64,000 nucleotides of DNA, from positions 62,001 through 126,000 of the forward strand of contig JASANG010002570.1 in NCBI GenBank assembly GCA_030248215.1. The letters are read 5' to 3'. Positions 60,801-64,000 of this stretch are shown one piece after another (the first letter of the stretch is position 1; each line of letters starts with the position of its first letter). The notes under the pieces are model-generated. The model searched no databases. It was not told where the DNA came from and worked only from the letters and a program-made list of their open reading frames with translations. The position numbers and the translations under genes are program-made. The DNA comes from Enoplolaimus lenunculus (taxonomy: Eukaryota).

Positions 60801-62308
60801 ACATTATGTTTTTTACCAAAAAATTTCTAAGGGAAAAATTATAAGGTAGGAACCTTACCATTTTATCACAAAAAAACCTCTGATGGGGGCGTACGCCCCC
60901 CGCGCCCCCCTCTGGATCCGCTAATGTTGTCAGATGATGGTTAAATTTTAAAATTTTCAATAACTTAAGAAACAAATTGCATATAACCTTTTACGCCTCA
61001 ATTCCAGAACTTAAACGTATATTTCTGAAATGTCATATGCTTTAGTGTTGAAATTAAAATTTGCAGCTGTAAAAACTTACCTGATTATTTTGACCAAATT
61101 TCAAACGGTAACTTTTGTTTATAGGATTCTCCATCGAACAAACTATTATTCGCTCGTGACATTCCGCGATATCGGCAACTGGTTGCAAGATTCTACGCCG
61201 AAATTCGGGCCCAAAGTTCTGTGAGCGAAACCGAAATGTCCGCATTTATGTCACAGCTGTCAAAGGTAAGAAAGCACTGTTAACCTTTCGCCAATGAATA
61301 TTTTCTATTTCATCTGAGATCCGATTATCAGCTCGAAGTTCAACCCGGGACTCCACGGTAAAAACTAATCGCTTCAGCGCCAAACGGCACGCATTTCTTG
61401 TGGAAATTGTGTACTACGCCTACGTGTAATAATCGTTTCAAAGTCGCTACACAAAGATGTTGGCGACAGACTATTAACCAAATCACAGGCAGAACACAGG
61501 GCTGGGGCACCATTTTGACCTAATATTAAAGGCTGTTTTTCAAGGGCGTATGCCAGCCGAAAAAGGCCCATTTATAGAACAGGACCAGATCGTTTTCAGG
61601 CGGGGCTGTTACAGAGTCAACTTAAGCTTTGGACTAACTTAACTTTTTGGCTTAGGATTAGGTTTACACTTAGGCTTAGGAATAGGCTCATCGTTACGCT
61701 TAGGCTTAGGCTTGGGGTTTGGCTTTGGCTTAAGAATATATGGGGGATATATTTCCTGTCGAAATTCAGCAGTCATTTTTTGTTTCAGGATTACGCCCAG
61801 GAGTTCAATGTTATGGGATGTATTCGTGAACTGCTCGGATACGTAATGAAATACAATGGACCAGTAAGTACCATTTTTACACCAATTGAATTTATTGTAG
61901 CCGATTTCTCATTGGCTGATGAAAAAATGCAAGTTCAGCGTGCAATTTGCAGCTGCAAGATCTCACAGCAAAAACTTTTACGTGCGAATAGGGCAATATA
62001 TACAGTATTTTTCACGCGATTCCTAATTACATTTTGCTATAAAATTTGCATAAAAAATTTTAAACATTTTAAATTTAAAGTATAATTTTTACACATTTTA
62101 AATTTAAAGTATAATTTTTACACATTTTAAATTTAAAGTATAATTTTTACACATTTTAAATTTAAAGTATAATTTTTTACACATTTTAAATTTAAAGTAT
62201 AATTTTCAGATAATGGAAGCTTTATCAAGCGATTCTCACGCAGTCAAGCAACGATTGCACGAAAAACTCGCTGCGGTCTTAACAGCATTTCGCCAGCATA
62301 CTCATTAG
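30588..62308 (+). CDS. PlexB: Plexin (plexin-B-like semaphorin receptor), whole gene span, 33 coding exons, 2173 aa
   Basis: Manual splicing gives 33 GT-AG exons totalling 6522 nt with no internal stop. Signal peptide, Sema ([13 protein letters not shown]), PSI (DPYCGWC), IPT ([16 protein letters not shown]), TM, juxtamembrane [30 protein letters not shown], and GAP motifs [52 protein letters not shown]. The B-type assignment is from recalled similarity to arthropod PlexB. Confidence 0.95.
31620..32492 (+). CDS. PlexB: Plexin exon 2 (Sema)
   Basis: [38 protein letters not shown]. Confidence 0.95.
32626..33926. repeat. 41-bp satellite array (about 32 copies) in plexin intron 2
   Basis: Unit AACCAATCGAAAATTGTCTAGTTCGTTACGAAATATTTTCT. 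Confidence 0.96.
33991..34185 (+). CDS. PlexB: Plexin exon 3 (Sema)
   Basis: [33 protein letters not shown]. Confidence 0.92.
34668..35015. repeat. Fold-back repeat (GATACTGAAGC subunits) with a triplicated 73-74-bp right end
   Basis: CACTACCCC at 34841, 34914 and 34988; CACCAG..CTGGTG ends. Confidence 0.8.
35091..35267 (+). CDS. PlexB: Plexin exon 4 (Sema end)
   Basis: [26 protein letters not shown]. Confidence 0.9.
35390..35651 (-). mobile_element. Second copy of the piggyBac-type tRNA-cassette MITE (inverted)
   Basis: TTAA-CCCTTTCTCACA..TGTGAGAAGGGG-TTAT; minus strand has TAGCTGAGTGG and GTTCGAATCC. Confidence 0.85.
35996..36165. mobile_element. Family F MITE
   Basis: Perfect TSD AAAGACAG. 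Confidence 0.88.
36414..36514 (+). CDS. PlexB: Plexin exon 5 (PSI-1)
   Basis: [40 protein letters not shown], phase 2. Confidence 0.93.
37133..37268 (+). CDS. PlexB: Plexin exon 6
   Basis: [37 protein letters not shown]. Confidence 0.88.
38102..38201. mobile_element. Family A MITE, internally deleted, 13 nt before exon 7
   Basis: Both termini and TA flanks retained. Confidence 0.82.
38215..38377 (+). CDS. PlexB: Plexin exon 7
   Basis: [36 protein letters not shown], phase 1. Confidence 0.9.
38947..39043 (+). CDS. PlexB: Plexin exon 8
   Basis: [34 protein letters not shown], phase 2. Confidence 0.92.
39500..39556. repeat. (TAT)n microsatellite
   Basis: Direct inspection. Confidence 0.95.
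39721..39847 (+). CDS. PlexB: Plexin exon 9 (PSI-2)
   Basis: [36 protein letters not shown]. Confidence 0.92.
40350..40619 (+). CDS. PlexB: Plexin exon 10
   Basis: TTTTAG|ACT; KCPHI..LKIPNG..VNL; CAT|GTTAGT. Confidence 0.83.
40959..41168. mobile_element. Family A MITE
   Basis: Full palindrome. Confidence 0.9.
41369..41506 (+). CDS. PlexB: Plexin exon 11
   Basis: [35 protein letters not shown]. Confidence 0.86.
41919..42003 (+). CDS. PlexB: Plexin exon 12
   Basis: TTTCAG|TAC; YNYKSE..VVDQVN; A|GTAAGT; required to link the phases of exons 11 and 13. Confidence 0.85.
42108..42370 (+). mobile_element. TG..CA-bounded solo-LTR-like repeat with a tRNA-like segment
   Basis: TGTAAGC..GACTGACA; flanks AGGGA/AGGGT; homologous copy at 52833. 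Confidence 0.65.
42868..43049 (+). CDS. PlexB: Plexin exon 13 (PSI-3)
   Basis: [42 protein letters not shown]. Confidence 0.94.
43147..43322. repeat. (TTTG)n/(TTGG)n microsatellite
   Basis: Direct inspection. Confidence 0.95.
43398..44126. mobile_element. PIF/Harbinger-like non-autonomous element (about 730 bp)
   Basis: TIR AGCC(G/C)TATTCACACGTGCAAGTTTTTGCA; TTA on both sides. Confidence 0.85.
44320..44613. mobile_element. Family G MITE
   Basis: TSD GTGCAGTA/GCGCAGTA. Confidence 0.85.
44693..44838 (+). CDS. PlexB: Plexin exon 14 (IPT)
   Basis: [38 protein letters not shown]. Confidence 0.93.
46151..46323. mobile_element. Family A MITE, 14 nt before exon 15
   Basis: TA-CATTGCA..TGCAGTG-TA. 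Confidence 0.85.
46338..46443 (+). CDS. PlexB: Plexin exon 15 (IPT)
   Basis: TTTTAG|A; IVCKT..KFSFV; GTT|GTACGT. Confidence 0.88.
46641..46890. mobile_element. GC-rich fold-back MITE family H with internal 20-bp repeat CGGACGATGACGGACGGCGY
   Basis: Related copies at about 75-229, 47125-47288 and 59411-59583; GGGT(T/G)GCGC..GCGC(A/C)ACCC termini with TTA/TAA flanks. Confidence 0.8.
47367..47503 (+). CDS. PlexB: Plexin exon 16 (IPT)
   Basis: [33 protein letters not shown]. Confidence 0.92.
48083..48259 (+). CDS. PlexB: Plexin exon 17 (IPT)
   Basis: [34 protein letters not shown]. Confidence 0.92.
48974..49076 (+). CDS. PlexB: Plexin exon 18 (IPT)
   Basis: [26 protein letters not shown]. Confidence 0.9.
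50086..50442 (+). CDS. PlexB: Plexin exon 19 (IPT with basic insert)
   Basis: [45 protein letters not shown]. Confidence 0.92.
50844..51095. mobile_element. Family B MITE
   Basis: TA-CACTGTAAA..TTTACAGTG-TA. Confidence 0.87.
51184..51375 (+). CDS. PlexB: Plexin exon 20 (last IPT)
   Basis: [36 protein letters not shown]. Confidence 0.92.
51904..52159 (+). CDS. PlexB: Plexin exon 21 (transmembrane and juxtamembrane helix)
   Basis: [54 protein letters not shown]. Confidence 0.96.
52534..52670 (+). CDS. PlexB: Plexin exon 22
   Basis: [33 protein letters not shown]. Confidence 0.95.
52833..53086 (+). mobile_element. Second copy of the solo-LTR-like repeat, nested in a family E element
   Basis: TGTAAGC..GACTGACA; AATAAA at 52871; homology to 42108 ends exactly at TG and CA. 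Confidence 0.65.
53776..54004 (+). CDS. PlexB: Plexin exon 23 (GAP C1)
   Basis: [29 protein letters not shown], phase 1. Confidence 0.93.
54394..54503 (+). CDS. PlexB: Plexin exon 24 (GAP C1, first arginine motif)
   Basis: [35 protein letters not shown]. Confidence 0.95.
54772..54898. repeat. (TTTA)n microsatellite abutting the exon 25 acceptor
   Basis: Direct inspection. Confidence 0.95.
54902..55048 (+). CDS. PlexB: Plexin exon 25
   Basis: [39 protein letters not shown]. Confidence 0.96.
55127..55378. mobile_element. Family B MITE
   Basis: TA-CCCTGTAAA..TTTACCGTG-TA. Confidence 0.83.
55688..55850 (+). CDS. PlexB: Plexin exon 26 (RBD)
   Basis: [33 protein letters not shown]. Confidence 0.94.
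55896..56066. mobile_element. hAT-like MITE with G-type termini and a different interior
   Basis: CAATGGCGGATCC..GGTTCCGCCACTG; TSD TTTATATG/TTTGTATG. Confidence 0.82.
56275..56464. mobile_element. C1 MITE nested in a family D MITE
   Basis: TIRs intact; TSD CTGTCACT/CTGTAGCT; the empty host site CTGTAACT is seen near 22632. Confidence 0.88.
56695..56874 (+). CDS. PlexB: Plexin exon 27 (RBD)
   Basis: [36 protein letters not shown]. Confidence 0.94.
57321..57527. mobile_element. Family A MITE
   Basis: TA-CACTGCA..TGCAGTG-TA. Confidence 0.9.
57624..57757 (+). CDS. PlexB: Plexin exon 28
   Basis: TTTCAG|CT; Ser-rich linker ending GVKYWHL; CTG|GTAAGA. Confidence 0.9.
57820..58049. mobile_element. 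Family B MITE
   Basis: CACTGTAAA..TTTACAGTG. Confidence 0.85.
58275..58723 (+). CDS. PlexB: Plexin exon 29 (GAP C2)
   Basis: [48 protein letters not shown]. Confidence 0.94.
59914..60135. mobile_element. Family A MITE
   Basis: TA-CACTATG..TGCAGTG-TA. Confidence 0.87.
60170..60317 (+). CDS. PlexB: Plexin exon 30 (GAP C2, second arginine motif)
   Basis: [37 protein letters not shown]. Confidence 0.96.
60564..60926. mobile_element. Family G MITE with expanded internal repeats
   Basis: TSD TTGTTAGA/TTGTCAGA. Confidence 0.85.
61125..61265 (+). CDS. PlexB: Plexin exon 31
   Basis: [34 protein letters not shown]. Confidence 0.95.
61565..61745. mobile_element. C1 MITE, right end decayed
   Basis: GGCCCATTTATAGAACAGG start and TTAGGC tract. 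Confidence 0.7.
61789..61863 (+). CDS. PlexB: Plexin exon 32
   Basis: [36 protein letters not shown]. Confidence 0.92.
62064..62206. repeat. 29-bp tandem repeat x5 running into the last splice acceptor
   Basis: Unit ACATTTTAAATTTAAAGTATAATTTTTAC. Confidence 0.92.
62210..62308 (+). CDS. PlexB: Plexin exon 33 (terminal, TAG stop)
   Basis: [27 protein letters not shown]. Confidence 0.9.
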   Translation: MMEALSSDSHAVKQRLHEKLAAVLTAFRQHTH

Positions 62309-63631
62309 CGAAGCGTATTACCTGCCAATATAAAGGTTACCTTGCTCAACAGAAGCGTACATTAACATAGCAACGATTTATAACCCTGCCCCTGTTCAAT
62401 ATTAATATCCAAGAGCCTAAGCCTGATTTCACCGTGTGCCAATCTGTAGCAAATGCTTATTATCGGAGGAGCAACAATGACGCGAATTTACTGCACAACT
62501 TTCCCATCTTACTTTTAGGTCCGTCCCGGTTTGTGGTGGGTCTATAAAAGAGTAGGCTTACATTCTAGACTACATTATTTGCTTAGTCTTAGACTAAGGT
62601 TTAGGAATACGATTTTGCAACGCTTAGGCTTAGGCTTTGGCTTAGGAATACGCTTAATCTACTGGTACGGCTCTAAAAGTAACATTGACCGCACAACTGA
62701 TGGAAAATCTTAAATTTGAATTATTTTGCTAGCGGTTTACTTCTTTTAAATTTGACTCAACGGCTTACTGAATAATGAATATGATAATATGGTGTTGATT
62801 TGATCTTATAATGTTATTGGCTATTGTTAATTATAGAGTCATGTCCACTCTGGGAGACAACGAAAGTGAGCGCGTTAGAGTTCAATGAATTCAGAATTCT
62901 GAGTTCTGAAAGGCCTCAATGAATTCAGAATTCTGAGTTCTGAAACGCCTAACACAGGAGTTAGGTCTTTCAGAACTCAGAATTTTGAGTTGATTCATCT
63001 CATTCTGAGTTAGTTAAACCACTCACCCGCAATAAAATAAACTCAGAGTGAGTTAATATTTACTGTTATTAACTTAGAAACAACCAGACAGAACTAATTA
63101 ATCAACTCATTGGCATTTACAGTATAAGCCTTAAGGTTTAGGCTTAGGGTTATTAGGTTTAGGCTTAGGGTTATGCATAACTGATAGGACCTTATATAAT
63201 TAACATGGGCCATGTATATTTGTGATCTCAGTATATCAAGAAATTCCACATATATAAGTCGTTTTTACTTCATTATTTGCATATTTCTTTACATATATAT
63301 GAGTCCAGCTTCAAATGAGAGTGGAGTTCCCAGGGGAGATACGAGATGCCTCCCACAAGCCTTGTCATTCTGAAAATTTTGCGATGCAAATTGTTCATCT
63401 AAAGCTTACGATATGTTTTTCCAATAATCAAAAAGTTGAAAAATATTAGTCGCTTCGAACGCAACTTCAAAACCTTTTCACTTTCAACGCAATGATGCAT
63501 TCTACGGTCGTAAATATTGGTAATTAAAGAGTCCGTCAAAACTTTAAATGGAATATTTACTGTATTTTTATACGTACCAGCAAAACCATATGTATGTAAA
63601 CTTCGAATCATGGTCTATAAACACGCTGTTA

Positions 63632-63843
63632 CACTGCATAAAATGGTGAGTAACGATTGACTCTCTCCGAAATAGGCTCTGCGGGATTACACAAACTGAG
63701 TCAAATTCGACTCCACCAGAGTCAAACGGTGCGACGCAGTGCGTCGAATTTGACTCTGGCGGAGTCGAATTTGACTCGGTTTGTGTAGTCCCGTAGAGCC
63801 TATTTCGGAGAGAGTCAATTTGACTCACCATTTCTGTGCAGTG
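63632..63843. mobile_element. Family A MITE
   Basis: TA-CACTGCA..TGCAGTG-TA. Confidence 0.9.
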
Positions 63844-64000
63844 TATAATCGTTTTTGTCAAAATTTAAATGCGAATTGTATAAATATAACGACTTTTTAC
63901 GCAAAAACCAAAACGGAACAAAAACAACCATGAAACGCATTCTTAAACTTCACACGCCAACTTAAATTTTTTGGTGAAATCATTTGACCAAAATTCAATT

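Noticed and set aside
1..64000. Autonomous transposase or reverse transcriptase
   Set aside because: No long ORF or recognisable DDE/RT motif was found; all elements seen are non-autonomous.

Overview
AT-rich eukaryotic genomic DNA, most likely from a nematode: the abundant interstitial TTAGGC repeats match the nematode telomeric hexamer, and splice acceptors are TTTCAG/TTTTAG-type. The species cannot be determined. The right half (30588-62308, + strand) holds one complete plexin gene, which I spliced by hand into 33 GT-AG coding exons (6522 nt, 2173 aa, all junction phases consistent). Its domains are a signal peptide, Sema, three PSI, IPT repeats, a TM helix and a split Ras-GAP domain with an RBD; it most resembles protostome plexin-B. 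The left 30 kb has no confidently identified protein-coding gene, apart from a possible minus-strand exon pair near 6.0-6.6 kb. Intergenic DNA and introns are filled with more than ten families of short non-autonomous transposons, many with recognisable TIRs and target-site duplications, plus several tandem arrays. No transposase was found. The most unusual features are (1) GGCC-ended, 8-bp-TSD MITEs carrying telomeric TTAGGC tracts that expand internally into variable higher-order minisatellites, and (2) two unrelated mobile families (a TTAA/piggyBac-type MITE and a TG..CA solo-LTR-like element) carrying tRNA-like Pol III cassettes. Coordinates were counted by hand, and repeat boundaries may be off by a few bases.
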